A stretch of 64,000 nt of DNA, from NCBI GenBank assembly GCA_019429385.1, contig JAHYIS010000003.1, positions 34,825-98,824 on the forward strand. The letters run 5' to 3'. The DNA is from ANME-2 cluster archaeon (GTDB lineage Archaea > Halobacteriota > Methanosarcinia > Methanosarcinales > Methanocomedenaceae). A program made the translations under genes and the position numbers. The notes beneath the pieces were generated by a model. The model saw only the letters and a program-made list of their open reading frames with translations. It had not been told where the DNA came from and made no database searches. Shown here one piece after another: positions 9,187 to 18,798 of the stretch; positions within the stretch are counted from its first letter, which is position 1, and every line of letters begins with the position of its first letter.

Positions 9187-9360
9187 TTGACAAAGAAGAA
9201 ACAGACAGGTAGCGGTCTGCAGTCATCAGCTGGACTTATGCGGTATTATGAAGCTGATGAAACCACATTTCACATGGACCCGAAATATATCCTGATAGGT
9301 GGAGTGCTGACAGGATTGCTATTATTGCTGCTCAATTACCGGTTTGGCCTCTGGCCCTGA
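9187..9360 (+). CDS. secG: preprotein translocase subunit Sec61-beta (archaeal SecG)
   Basis: Absent from the ORF track (57 aa, TTG start). GGAGGT lies 7 nt upstream. Translation: TKKKQTGSGLQSSAGLMRYYEADETTFHMDPKYILIGGVLTGLLLLLLNYRFGLWP, i.e. the conserved SAGLxRY motif plus one C-terminal TM. Confidence 0.75.
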   Translation: MTKKKQTGSGLQSSAGLMRYYEADETTFHMDPKYILIGGVLTGLLLLLLNYRFGLWP

Positions 9361-9398
9361 AATCCTTTTTGAGTAATATGACCTTGAAATGACCGGTG

Positions 9399-9956
9399 TC
9401 AGCGAGATTCCGGGTCCAGCCAATCAGCAAATTTTCGCATAGCATTACCCCTATGCGATACCCTGTTCTTTTTGATATCTTCAAGTTCGCCAAACGTCTG
9501 GCCTTCATACAGGAAGATGGGATCGTATCCAAAACCATGCGTCCCGCGTTCTTCAAATGATATGGTCCCTGCAACTTCACCTGTGAATGTACGGGGCTCG
9601 TCGCCGGGCCGGCAGAATCCCACGACTGTCCTGAACACAGCCCTGCGGTTGGTCTCATTTTCCATGAGCTTCAGGACTTTCCTGTTGCCCAGGCGGTCTT
9701 CCACATATCGTGAGTAGGGCCCGGGGAAACCGTTCAGGACATCGATGAAAATGCCGCTGTCGTCCACCATGACATCCCTGTCCAGCCTGTCAGCACACCA
9801 GCGCGCACCATAGGCTGATATGGTCTCAAGGTCATCGGCCTGCAGTTCAGGATATTCGCAATCGAGCTGTTCTACTTCATATCCCACCTCTCCCAGGATG
9901 TTCTTTGCTTCCCTGAGTTTATGGGCATTGCCGGTGGCGAAATATATCTTATGCAT
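9399..9956 (-). CDS. rdgB: XTP/dITP diphosphatase (HAM1/RdgB family)
   Basis: IYFATGNAHKLREA, DDSGIFIDVLNGFPGPYS, GFGYDPIF, SHRGNA. Confidence 0.9.
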   Translation of the reverse strand: MHKIYFATGNAHKLREAKNILGEVGYEVEQLDCEYPELQADDLETISAYGARWCADRLDRDVMVDDSGIFIDVLNGFPGPYSRYVEDRLGNRKVLKLMENETNRRAVFRTVVGFCRPGDEPRTFTGEVAGTISFEERGTHGFGYDPIFLYEGQTFGELEDIKKNRVSHRGNAMRKFADWLDPESR

Positions 9957-10521
9957 ACCGTCCTCTCCTTTCTATCTGTGTTACCCGCTCGAGTACAGCG
10001 TCAGCGCCTGGAAACGTCATGCGATAGGCAGCGGAGAATGCGGATATGAGTTCTTCATGGTCATTGTGCGTGCTTTCGTAGGTCTGGAACAATACATGGA
10101 TGTCCACGCCCTGCGCCTCTACAGAGCTGTCATAATAGGCCAGCCCGAAGTCGATGAGGTATATCCTGCCATTGTGCAGTATCATGTTGGAGGTGGTGAG
10201 GTCGCCGTGTATAATATTGGCAGTGTGGAGCTTACCCACGACGATCCCGATGTCGCCACTCAAGTGGGGTGTGATGATGTCTTTTATTTTCGGGCCTTCG
10301 ATGTATTGCATGGTGATTTCGAAGTCCTCGATGTCGTAGATTATGGGCGTTGACACGCCGCTGCGCCTGGACTCGGAGGTAAGCCGGGCTTCATTCCGGG
10401 TGCGCTCTCTGCGGATAAGGTTATCCAGGGCTTCCAGGCGGTATCCTTTCGGCAGGCGTTTCTTGATGACCATGCCGTCCCTGAGTTCTATGGTGGCTTC
10501 TGCGCCCATGCTGAGGAACAT
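9949..10521 (-). CDS. bud32: Kae1-associated kinase Bud32
   Basis: ~190-aa atypical kinase: RTRNEARL, IIHGDLTTSNMIL, IDFGLA. 8-nt overlap with rdgB. Confidence 0.85.
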   Translation of the reverse strand: MFLSMGAEATIELRDGMVIKKRLPKGYRLEALDNLIRRERTRNEARLTSESRRSGVSTPIIYDIEDFEITMQYIEGPKIKDIITPHLSGDIGIVVGKLHTANIIHGDLTTSNMILHNGRIYLIDFGLAYYDSSVEAQGVDIHVLFQTYESTHNDHEELISAFSAAYRMTFPGADAVLERVTQIERRGRYA

Positions 10522-10894
10522 AGGTGAGGAAAATGACCTGTTGTGATATAAAACTGGCTGTTACCTTTTGCTGTGTATCTTTTCCAGCTCAGGGTCCTGG
10601 AAAAGATCCTGTACGAGGAATGATATGGCAATAGTATGGGACGATACGTCAAAGCGAAACCTCCTGGATATCGGATCAGCCCTCAATCCCAGATGGGGCA
10701 GGCCACTGAGTGCCGGTGTGGACCTGTTCGAGAACATGTTCCTGGATACTGACCCGGGTTCAGGTGGACAGATCAACACAGGCTGCTCAAAAAAGTGGTT
10801 CCAGCGGTTTCGCAGGGATCCCAGCGGTATCCATCTGGTGATCGGCAAACAGCGGGGTGGTATAAATCTGCCATGTGCTTCTTCCTGGCCCGGG

Positions 10895-11008
10895 CCACCC
10901 TCAGGCGGCCCATCTATGTCATCACTGCAGCACCATTAATTCAAACTGGTGGTTCGGTTGGACCAGCCATCCACCTTCAGGCGGCCAATCTATGCCATCA
11001 CGGCAGCA
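10895..11008. repeat. 38-bp imperfect direct repeat (10895-10932 and 10971-11008, 4 mismatches)
   Basis: CCACCCTCAGGCGGCCCATCTATGTCATCACTGCAGCA versus CCACCTTCAGGCGGCCAATCTATGCCATCACGGCAGCA. Spacing is 76 bp. Confidence 0.8.
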
Positions 11009-11096
11009 GATGGGGTCATGCCAGAAGTTGAGGTGTTCGAGGATATCCTACAGGTCCCAAAATGAAGCGTCAAAGTGATTGATTCTCCTTGCCAAA

Positions 11097-12083
11097 CTAC
11101 TGAACTTTCAAATGCTCTTTTCCTGCCTGTGTCGTCTTCCTACCCTGGGGAGTACGTTGAATAAAACCGATCTGGATCAGATACGGTTCATATACATCTT
11201 CAATAGTCCTGACCTCTTCCCCCACTGAAATGGCAATGGTTTTCAGGCCCACGGGTCCACCTTCGAAATCATCTGTTATTATACTAAGTATACGCCTGTC
11301 AAGTTCATCCAGGCCCAGCTTGTCTATACCCAGCATAGTCAGCGCATCATCAGCAACTTCCTGAGTTATCGTTCCATCAGCCCTAACAAGTGCAAAATCC
11401 CTTGCACGCCTCAGTAACCTGTTAACAATTCTGGGCGTTCCACGGCCGCGTTTAGCAATTTCTACAGTCCCATCTCGGGTTATGGGGATACGCAGGATCG
11501 AAGCACTTCGATGCACTACCTCCACAAGTTCCCTAATAGTGTAATGATTTAGCCTGAAAGTAATGCCAAATCGATCCCTGAGCGGTGAACTCAGCAGTCC
11601 TATCTTTGTGGTTGCACCAATAAGAGTAAAATGTTCCAGGTTGAGCTTTATTGACCTGGCACTTGCCCCCTCCCCTATCATCACATCTATTTCCATATCC
11701 TCCATAGCAGGATACAAAATCTCTTCAATAATTGAATTCATGCGATGGATCTCATCAATAAAGAGTACATCTCCTTTTTTAAGTGAAGTAAGTATTGCGG
11801 CAAGGTCTCCGGCCTTTTCCAGGATAGGTCCTGAAGTACTTTTTATACTGACTCCCATTTCATGTGCGATAATATTTGCCAGAGTGGTTTTTCCAAGACC
11901 AGGTGGTCCTGAAAATAAGATGTGGTCAAGTGGTTCACCCCGCTTTTTTGAGGCTTCAATAGCTATTTTTATTGATTCCTTTATGATATTTTGACCTATG
12001 AACTCATCAAGTTTTATGGGGCGGATGGTTGAATCTTCTGTTTCATGATCCTGCTCTGAAGGAGAGACTATTCTTTCTTCCAT
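11097..12083 (-). CDS. ruvB: Holliday junction branch-migration ATPase RuvB (bacterial type)
   Basis: [11 protein letters not shown], Walker [12 protein letters not shown], Walker [22 protein letters not shown], and C-terminal winged helix [10 protein letters not shown]...[17 protein letters not shown]. Confidence 0.95.
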   Translation of the reverse strand: MEERIVSPSEQDHETEDSTIRPIKLDEFIGQNIIKESIKIAIEASKKRGEPLDHILFSGPPGLGKTTLANIIAHEMGVSIKSTSGPILEKAGDLAAILTSLKKGDVLFIDEIHRMNSIIEEILYPAMEDMEIDVMIGEGASARSIKLNLEHFTLIGATTKIGLLSSPLRDRFGITFRLNHYTIRELVEVVHRSASILRIPITRDGTVEIAKRGRGTPRIVNRLLRRARDFALVRADGTITQEVADDALTMLGIDKLGLDELDRRILSIITDDFEGGPVGLKTIAISVGEEVRTIEDVYEPYLIQIGFIQRTPQGRKTTQAGKEHLKVQ

Positions 12084-12085
12084 AT

Positions 12086-12676
12086 TTACTCTTTAACTTC
12101 TTTTAATTTCAACAGTGCTGCCTTAATTAATACTTCGATCGATGGTGCTTCAAAATCCGCAGATACAGCATCTACAGCTTCCCTGGACTCTCTTTGTTGA
12201 AAACCCAATGATACAAGAGCACTTACTGCATCATAATTGATATTACTGGTGCTGGTGGGAACAAATCCTTTCATTTTCTTTTTCATCTTATCCTTTAATT
12301 CCAGTATCAATCTCTTAGCATTTTTCTTGCCAATTCCTGAAATATTTGTAAGGACTTTTTCATCCTCATTGAGGATCGCACTGGCAAAATCTTCTAATGT
12401 AATTTCAGAAAGGATCTTCAAAGCTATCTGGGGCCCGACTCCTGAAACGCTAATTATTAATTTGAACATCTCAAGTTCGGTTGAGTTCATGAACCCGTAG
12501 AGATTGAGCGCATCCTCCCTGACATTCAGATGCGTATAAAGTGTTACGTGTGATTGTTTCGTAAGTTCCTGTAATGCCGGTTGCGGAACATTTACATGAT
12601 ATCCTATTCCTCCGACATCAATAACAACAAAACCTTCACCACATTGCGCAATTTCGCCACGTAAATGTGAAATCAT
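12086..12676 (-). CDS. ruvA: Holliday junction DNA-binding protein RuvA
   Basis: MISHLRGEI...GYHV OB-fold N-terminus. Two HhH motifs ([13 protein letters not shown]; [16 protein letters not shown]). C-terminal domain III. Confidence 0.9.
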   Translation of the reverse strand: MISHLRGEIAQCGEGFVVIDVGGIGYHVNVPQPALQELTKQSHVTLYTHLNVREDALNLYGFMNSTELEMFKLIISVSGVGPQIALKILSEITLEDFASAILNEDEKVLTNISGIGKKNAKRLILELKDKMKKKMKGFVPTSTSNINYDAVSALVSLGFQQRESREAVDAVSADFEAPSIEVLIKAALLKLKEVKE

Positions 12677-12680
12677 ATCA

Positions 12681-13151
12681 TTATCTCATTATATGTATAT
12701 GACATAAAGCAATCGAAAGACCATCAGCCGCATCATCAGGTCTGGGAAGTTCATCCAGACCCAGAAGCCTTGTTATCATCTCCTGCATCTGTCGTTTATC
12801 AGCACGTCCTGTACCTGTTATCGCCTGCTTGATTTGAGCCGGTGTATATTCGAATAAAGGTATTTGTTTTTGTTGTGCAGCAAGTAATATCACCCCTCTT
12901 GCTTCACTTACCCTCATTGCAGACGTGACATTTTTATTGAAAAAGAGTTTTTCAATAGCGACAATTTGAGGATTGTACTTTTCAAAAAGCGTTTTGATCT
13001 CATTATAGATCTCCAGTAGGCGCTCTGATGTTTGTTTTTCAGCAGAAGTTCGAATACATCCATAGCTTACAGGAATGATCTTTTCTTCTGATTTTTGTAT
13101 TACTCCAAAACCAACGGTTGCAAGTCCCGGATCGATTCCGATAATGATCAT
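12681..13151 (-). CDS. ruvC: crossover junction endodeoxyribonuclease RuvC
   Basis: ORF 12681..13202. Family-typical start MIIIGIDPG at 13151. Motifs: AIEKLFF, EYTPAQIKQAITGTGRADKRQ, DDAADGLSIALCH. Confidence 0.9.
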   Translation of the reverse strand: MIIIGIDPGLATVGFGVIQKSEEKIIPVSYGCIRTSAEKQTSERLLEIYNEIKTLFEKYNPQIVAIEKLFFNKNVTSAMRVSEARGVILLAAQQKQIPLFEYTPAQIKQAITGTGRADKRQMQEMITRLLGLDELPRPDDAADGLSIALCHIHIMR

Positions 13152-13171
13152 GGTATTTTTCTCGGCGATTA

Positions 13172-13636
13172 TTAGCTTTCGTATTTTTCTATATAATCCC
13201 AAATTTCTTGATCGGTTTTTGGCATATTACCTTCAAAAAATGTCTTTATCCATTGTAAATACCCAATTCCACTTGGACTTCTGTGTTGCTTCACAAGTTT
13301 GATTAAAAGTCTAACACATGAAATAATCTCCCCATAAGTAAAACTCCTTTCTCCCTCAATTCTGTTAAGCATCAATTGACCTTTCACAGATTGTGAGATG
13401 TTATACGCAAGCGAACCTTTCTTTTGACCATCGAAATCTTTTTTGAGCTTATTGTACGCAGATAACACTGTTTTATCTTTAAGAGCGGGATTTTCCTGCC
13501 ACATAAATAAAACTACGGATTCTATACTGACAAATATTTCATGATAATCGGCTATATCCTCAATAGCCACTTTTCCGTTACCGTTTTCGACCAATTCTGC
13601 CAATTGTTGATTTACATGAACCCTTGTGTTCTCCAT
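13172..13636 (-). CDS. hypothetical protein
   Basis: 154-aa ORF with no recognised domain. It lies 20 nt upstream of ruvC on the same strand. Confidence 0.5.
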   Translation of the reverse strand: MENTRVHVNQQLAELVENGNGKVAIEDIADYHEIFVSIESVVLFMWQENPALKDKTVLSAYNKLKKDFDGQKKGSLAYNISQSVKGQLMLNRIEGERSFTYGEIISCVRLLIKLVKQHRSPSGIGYLQWIKTFFEGNMPKTDQEIWDYIEKYES

Positions 13637-13828
13637 ATATTTTCACCGCCCTTGTGTTCTATAAATAGATTTGTACTTACGCCGCCACTTACCGATGCAT
13701 TGCGCCTTCCATCAATTTATCGCCTCGGTCTGATTTCTTGAAGCTATCATTTTTCTGATGAGCTCTCAGGTATGCATATTGGAAGAATTTCATATGCATA
13801 CATTATTTTCCGGATAATCGTCCCATTT

Positions 13829-14398
13829 TCACTTTATGTGGGCTAACCTCTGATTAATTTCATCAAGGTCAAAGTATTCAGGATCAAAATCATAATCCAG
13901 CCAATCCACCATTTCTTCATGCTCGGGATGTTGCGGATCTTTGAGGATTTCAAGGAGTTCATCATATCCATAAGGACCGCCACAATCTTCCGGAGGACAG
14001 TCACGTTTACCCTTAAGGCAGACCGGATAGTGTTTATCTACTTCCAGAGGGAGGATTTTTTCAACCAGGATTATGTGATACCAGGAATCCCCAAAATCGT
14101 ATTCGTAGATGAATTTAGTATTTTCTTCAAAGACCACCTGGCTTAATGTTATTGTTCTTTCATCAATCACATCAAACATATCAGCCGGGTCAGGTTCACC
14201 ATATATCATTCCATCTATGATAAACTGATGAAGGTGATAACCGTCCCACCCCATCAATTCCTGAATAATGACATGAAGTTTAGATAATGTAATATCGCTT
14301 TTAACCTGTATTCGTCTCCAGATGGGTGGTTTTATCTCATCAAGTGTTACTTTTATCTGATAGATATGAATATCTTCATTCCGTTTCTTTTTAGGCAT
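13829..14398 (-). CDS. pRiA4b ORF-3-like (MM3350-like) domain protein
   Basis: IYQIKVTLDEIKPPIWRRIQV...LSKLHVIIQELMGWDGYHLHQF...YEYDFGDSWYH is the family signature as I recall it. C-terminal CPPEDCGG. Confidence 0.75.
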   Translation of the reverse strand: MPKKKRNEDIHIYQIKVTLDEIKPPIWRRIQVKSDITLSKLHVIIQELMGWDGYHLHQFIIDGMIYGEPDPADMFDVIDERTITLSQVVFEENTKFIYEYDFGDSWYHIILVEKILPLEVDKHYPVCLKGKRDCPPEDCGGPYGYDELLEILKDPQHPEHEEMVDWLDYDFDPEYFDLDEINQRLAHIK

Positions 14399-14541
14399 GA
14401 CAATCACCAATTTCTTATGGAATAATGTCCTGTTAATCGGTTATTAGATTTTCGATTAATTTGAGGAGATTGACTGCATACGAAACCTGAATAAGAAATG
14501 TTTATGTTGTAAAAAATTAATTAATTTCCACTCTCATAAAT

Positions 14542-17500
14542 ATGATCGCACTACATGGAACCTGGAAACCGTCAGAAAGAATAGACACACTGGGAGATTT
14601 CTTCATATGGGGTGAGTTATCCACAGCTTCCACCATCAAACGCAGAGGGCGCCCTCCAAAGATCTCTGCCAGTACACCCCGGCCTCATCCATTTCAGGCC
14701 CCAAACGAGGACCTGAACCGGGTGATAGCATTCCTGGAAAATGGCAATGACAGCATAATCACTAACAGGACATATCAGGATAATGTATTGTTATCGCTTC
14801 CTTCATTTTCAAAATCTCCCCAGGCATCACCTGATTTACTAAGAGATGATGGCAGTGAGGAGACAGATGAGCCAGTGGGTCTAATACCATGGAAAGTACA
14901 TGGTTTAAGCATTCTTCCCCAGGACGCAGTAACATTACTCAACTCACTCTCAGGAGCATGGATCGAATATGACAACACTGTCATTGGAACCGATCTGAGG
15001 TTCTGGAGTAATGTCTCAAAATTTGCACTTGAACTGTTATCAAACCAGCATTTTTTTCCTGGCATGGTTATTTCTGAAGAAAGTAAGATATTTTCCAGAT
15101 GGCAGTATATGCTCAATGATGAGGAAGACAGGATGCGCTTTTCAATCCTTGCAAACTCAATGCCTCCTGTTTGCAGATCACTCCTCCAGAATACTATTCC
15201 AAATACCCGGGAAGCTCTCATATCGGATTTTCTCAATAGTAGCATTAACGGATGTATCAAAAACTGGATGTCAATCTCAGAGATCAAATCAAAAAAGCCC
15301 GGTCTCTCTGAAATATGGTTACGATCCCTGACAACCGGAGAACCGATACAAGTCAATAAGTCAGTTCTTAACAACCTTTCAAAAGGTTTACAATCATGGG
15401 AAGCCCCGATACATGAAATTGAAAAATCCGGATTTCGCACATCGTTCCGGCTTGAACCCCCCATTGAGGAGGAAACAGACATCTGGAATATGCGCTATTT
15501 TCTTCAGGCTTCGGATGACCCAAGCCTGCTTGTGCCTGCTGAAAAAGTCTGGAAAGAATCAAAAGACACACTTAATTTCCTTAACCGTAAATTCGACCAA
15601 CCCCAGGAAAAACTTCTTGCCGATCTTGGGAAAGCCTCCAGGCTATACCCTCCTATCGAGGCCAGTCTCCATTTAGCAAGACCCACTGCCGCCCGGCTTA
15701 GCACGCAGCAGGCTTATTCATTTTTAAAAGAAGTTGTGCCCTTATTTTCAGAGAGCGGATTCGGGGTCCTTATTCCACCATGGTGGAAAAAAGGGGGATC
15801 AAGTTCGAAGCTTGGTGTAACATTAAATGTGAAACAAAAGAAAGACCCTAAAACCAGCAAAGGATTGTTCGGTTTTAACTCAATTATCCAGTACGACTGG
15901 CAGATCGCCATTGGCGGTGAGCAGTTAAGTGAAGAGGAATTTGAGAATCTTGTAAACCTGAAAGAGCCGCTTGTACGCATCAGGGGAGAATGGGTAGAGG
16001 TCAAAAATGAAGATATTGCAGCTGCTATTAAATTCTTCAAATCCGGAAAATCAGGTGAGATGAAACTGGACGAAGCCCTCAGGCTGAGCGCCGGACTTGG
16101 AGAATCGGAAACAGGCCTCCCAGTTGGCGGATTTAATGCAACCGGAGTGCTATCCGAGCTATTTGAGCGTTTATCAGGGAGAACCGGAATAGAAGATTTA
16201 ACACAGCCCGGTGATTTTGTTGGTGAGCTTCGACCTTATCAGGTCAGGGGCTTCTCGTGGCTTGCGTTTTTGCGGGAGTACGGACTGGGAGCATGCCTTG
16301 CAGATGATATGGGACTTGGTAAGACGATCCAGCTTCTTGCCCTGCTCATAAAGGATAAAGAAGAAGGCATCAATAAACCAACCCTCCTGATATGTCCCAC
16401 TTCCGTAGTTGCTAACTGGTATCGGGAAGCGCAAAAATTTGCACCATCCCTCAAGGTTATGATACATCACGGCACAGCCCGGCTGAAGAAAAATGAATTC
16501 CATTCCGAAGCTGTCAAATTCGACCTGGTCATCAGCACCTATGCCCTTGCTTACCGGGATGAGGATATGTTCGAAAATGTGGATTGGAGCGGGGTTGTGC
16601 TGGATGAAGCGCAGAACATTAAGAACCGGTTCACAAAGCAATCCCAGGCTGTCCGTAAAATCAAATCAGACTATCGAGTGGCCCTTACAGGCACACCTGT
16701 TGAGAACCGTTTATCAGAACTCTGGTCTATTATGGAGTTTTTAAATCCGGGCTACCTCGGCTCGGCAGAAGGTTTCAGGAGAGGTTTTGCGATGCCTATT
16801 GAACGCTATAATGACAAAGAAGCAGGCATGAAGCTTCGAAGTATTGTTTCACCATTCATCCTTCGCCGCCTCAAGACAGACCCTGCCATCATAACAGACC
16901 TGCCTGATAAAATTGAGACAAAGGTATACTGCAACCTTACAAAAGAGCAGGCTACACTCTACAAGGCTGTTGTTAAAGATGTGCTTGAGAGAATCGAAAG
17001 CTCAGAAGGAATTGAAAGAAAAGGGATCGTGTTATCAGCACTTACAAGATTAAAACAGGTATGCAATCACCCGGCGCAGTACCTGGATGACGGTTCGGTA
17101 CTCCCGGGACGCTCAGGCAAGTTGAATCGTATCACTGAGATGATGGAAGAGGTGATAGCTGAAGATGATGCTGCGCTTGTCTTCACCCAGTTTTCCGTGA
17201 TGGGAAACATGCTTAAAACGCATCTCCAGCATGTCTTTGGCCAGGAGGTACTCTTTTTGCATGGCGGAGTGTCCCAGAAACAGCGGGACCATATGGTTAT
17301 GAGATTTTCAGAAAAGGGCGGACCCCGGATATTCATTCTTTCACTCAAAGCTGGCGGGGTGGGTCTGAACCTCACCCGTGCCAGTCACGTGTTCCACTTT
17401 GACCGGTGGTGGAACCCGGCCGTTGAGAACCAGGCAACAGACCGTGCTTTCAGGATCGGGCAAACCAAAAATGTGCAGGTTCACAAGTTTGTGTGCGAAG

Positions 17501-17655
17501 GGACTCTTGAAGAGAGGATAGATGAGATGATAGAGGATAAGAAAGCACTTGCCGAGAATGTTGTTGGGACGGGCGAGGGCTGGCTGACAGAGATGTCGAC
17601 CGAGCAGTTGAAGGGTTTATTTGCATTGAGGCAAGAATCAGTGATGGATGAATAA
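14542..17655 (+). CDS. SNF2-family helicase with a long N-terminal SNF2-associated region
   Basis: 1037 aa. Helicase core from ~aa 560: LRPYQVRGFSWL, LADDMGLGKT, VLDEAQNIKN, LTGTPVENRL, SLKAGGVGLNLT, WWNPAVENQATDRAFRIGQ. Confidence 0.9.
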   Translation: MIALHGTWKPSERIDTLGDFFIWGELSTASTIKRRGRPPKISASTPRPHPFQAPNEDLNRVIAFLENGNDSIITNRTYQDNVLLSLPSFSKSPQASPDLLRDDGSEETDEPVGLIPWKVHGLSILPQDAVTLLNSLSGAWIEYDNTVIGTDLRFWSNVSKFALELLSNQHFFPGMVISEESKIFSRWQYMLNDEEDRMRFSILANSMPPVCRSLLQNTIPNTREALISDFLNSSINGCIKNWMSISEIKSKKPGLSEIWLRSLTTGEPIQVNKSVLNNLSKGLQSWEAPIHEIEKSGFRTSFRLEPPIEEETDIWNMRYFLQASDDPSLLVPAEKVWKESKDTLNFLNRKFDQPQEKLLADLGKASRLYPPIEASLHLARPTAARLSTQQAYSFLKEVVPLFSESGFGVLIPPWWKKGGSSSKLGVTLNVKQKKDPKTSKGLFGFNSIIQYDWQIAIGGEQLSEEEFENLVNLKEPLVRIRGEWVEVKNEDIAAAIKFFKSGKSGEMKLDEALRLSAGLGESETGLPVGGFNATGVLSELFERLSGRTGIEDLTQPGDFVGELRPYQVRGFSWLAFLREYGLGACLADDMGLGKTIQLLALLIKDKEEGINKPTLLICPTSVVANWYREAQKFAPSLKVMIHHGTARLKKNEFHSEAVKFDLVISTYALAYRDEDMFENVDWSGVVLDEAQNIKNRFTKQSQAVRKIKSDYRVALTGTPVENRLSELWSIMEFLNPGYLGSAEGFRRGFAMPIERYNDKEAGMKLRSIVSPFILRRLKTDPAIITDLPDKIETKVYCNLTKEQATLYKAVVKDVLERIESSEGIERKGIVLSALTRLKQVCNHPAQYLDDGSVLPGRSGKLNRITEMMEEVIAEDDAALVFTQFSVMGNMLKTHLQHVFGQEVLFLHGGVSQKQRDHMVMRFSEKGGPRIFILSLKAGGVGLNLTRASHVFHFDRWWNPAVENQATDRAFRIGQTKNVQVHKFVCEGTLEERIDEMIEDKKALAENVVGTGEGWLTEMSTEQLKGLFALRQESVMDE

Positions 17656-17678
17656 TGGAATATACGGATAGTTGAATC

Positions 17679-18563
17679 ATGGGCAGGTATGAAGACTTCT
17701 GGGGCGGCTATACTCCTTCAAAGCCAATACAGGTGGAAGGCGGTATCAAAGCCAAAAGCAAGAAGGGCAGTATCGGAGATACCTGGTGGTCAAAACGTTG
17801 GGTGAGTGTCCTGGAATCCTTTGGCTGGAGCAACCGGCTTGAGCGGGGAAGACGATATGCCAGAAAAGGCCAGGTGCTTGATTTTGAACTTTCGGCCGGA
17901 AAAGTCGAAGCAAAAGTCCAGGGCTCGGTCCGGAAACCTTATTCAGTTACTATTGAGATTAAACCGATTACTGAAAAATCATGGGATTATGTCATAGAAG
18001 AGATGTCTCAAAAGGCAATATTCGCAGCAAAACTACTTGCAGGCGAGATGCCACATGATATTGAAGAAGCCTTTGAAGCAGAAGATATATCGCTGTTCCC
18101 TGAAAAATCGAAAGATATAAAGACGCACTGTTCATGTCCGGATAGTGCAAATCCCTGTAAACATATTGCTGCACTGTATTATATTTTGGCTGAAGAGTTT
18201 GACCGTGACCCTTTCATGATCTTTGAATTGCGTGGCCGGACAAAGGATGAAATTATTTCATCTCTTCGCCAGAAGCGCACTGACGAAAGCCATCCTGAAC
18301 CAGAAGAAATTTTTGATGTTGCGCAAGTAAAGGAAGTTGCTTTGTCCATGGATGATTTCTGGGAAGGGGGGGATAGCGAATCATTTTCAGTTAATATCTC
18401 GCTACCTGATGTATCGGCAGCAATTATCAAACGGCTGGGAACACCGGAATTCTGGGATAGCAAGGTCGATTTTGTAGAGAAAATGGGCGGGTATTATGAA
18501 GAGATTAGCAGGCGCGCTATTGTGACTGCTTATTGTGAACAGACAAAAACGAAAAAGAAATGA
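17679..18563 (+). CDS. SWIM zinc-finger protein
   Basis: CSCPDSANPCKHIAALYYIL matches the CxCxnCxH SWIM motif. The N-terminal WWSKRW...RLERGRRYARKGQV is typical of the SNF2-partner family. 23 nt downstream of the SNF2 gene. Confidence 0.85.
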   Translation: MGRYEDFWGGYTPSKPIQVEGGIKAKSKKGSIGDTWWSKRWVSVLESFGWSNRLERGRRYARKGQVLDFELSAGKVEAKVQGSVRKPYSVTIEIKPITEKSWDYVIEEMSQKAIFAAKLLAGEMPHDIEEAFEAEDISLFPEKSKDIKTHCSCPDSANPCKHIAALYYILAEEFDRDPFMIFELRGRTKDEIISSLRQKRTDESHPEPEEIFDVAQVKEVALSMDDFWEGGDSESFSVNISLPDVSAAIIKRLGTPEFWDSKVDFVEKMGGYYEEISRRAIVTAYCEQTKTKKK

Positions 18564-18798
18564 AACAATGAGTCTGATCAATACTCCAGGATAAGCCTGG
18601 GAGACTATGAACTGGAGGGTGTAGACGATATCGGTATTGATGACTTTAGCCAGGAAGAGTTCCTGGGTGACGAGGACGACCTGCGGGGTGACTTCCCGGG
18701 AGATGCAGATGGGCTGCTGGGAGCCTATGCCGGCAATGTGGACCGCTACGTGTTCTGAAGCGGCGAAGTGATGAACTGGGTGGCCATTCTTCAAGCGC

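Noticed and set aside
10561-10939. ORFs 10568..10939 (+) and 10561..10848 (-) as real genes
   Set aside because: They are mutually antisense, with improbable Pro/Ser/Gly/Arg-rich composition, no domain signature and no sensible start context. I treat the segment as decayed or non-coding.
14775-15482. 235-aa minus-strand ORF inside the SNF2 gene (and similar ORFs at 15714-16040, 16198-16641 and 17067-17375)
   Set aside because: These are all antisense to one long, continuous SNF2 reading frame with canonical helicase motifs. They have no domain signatures.
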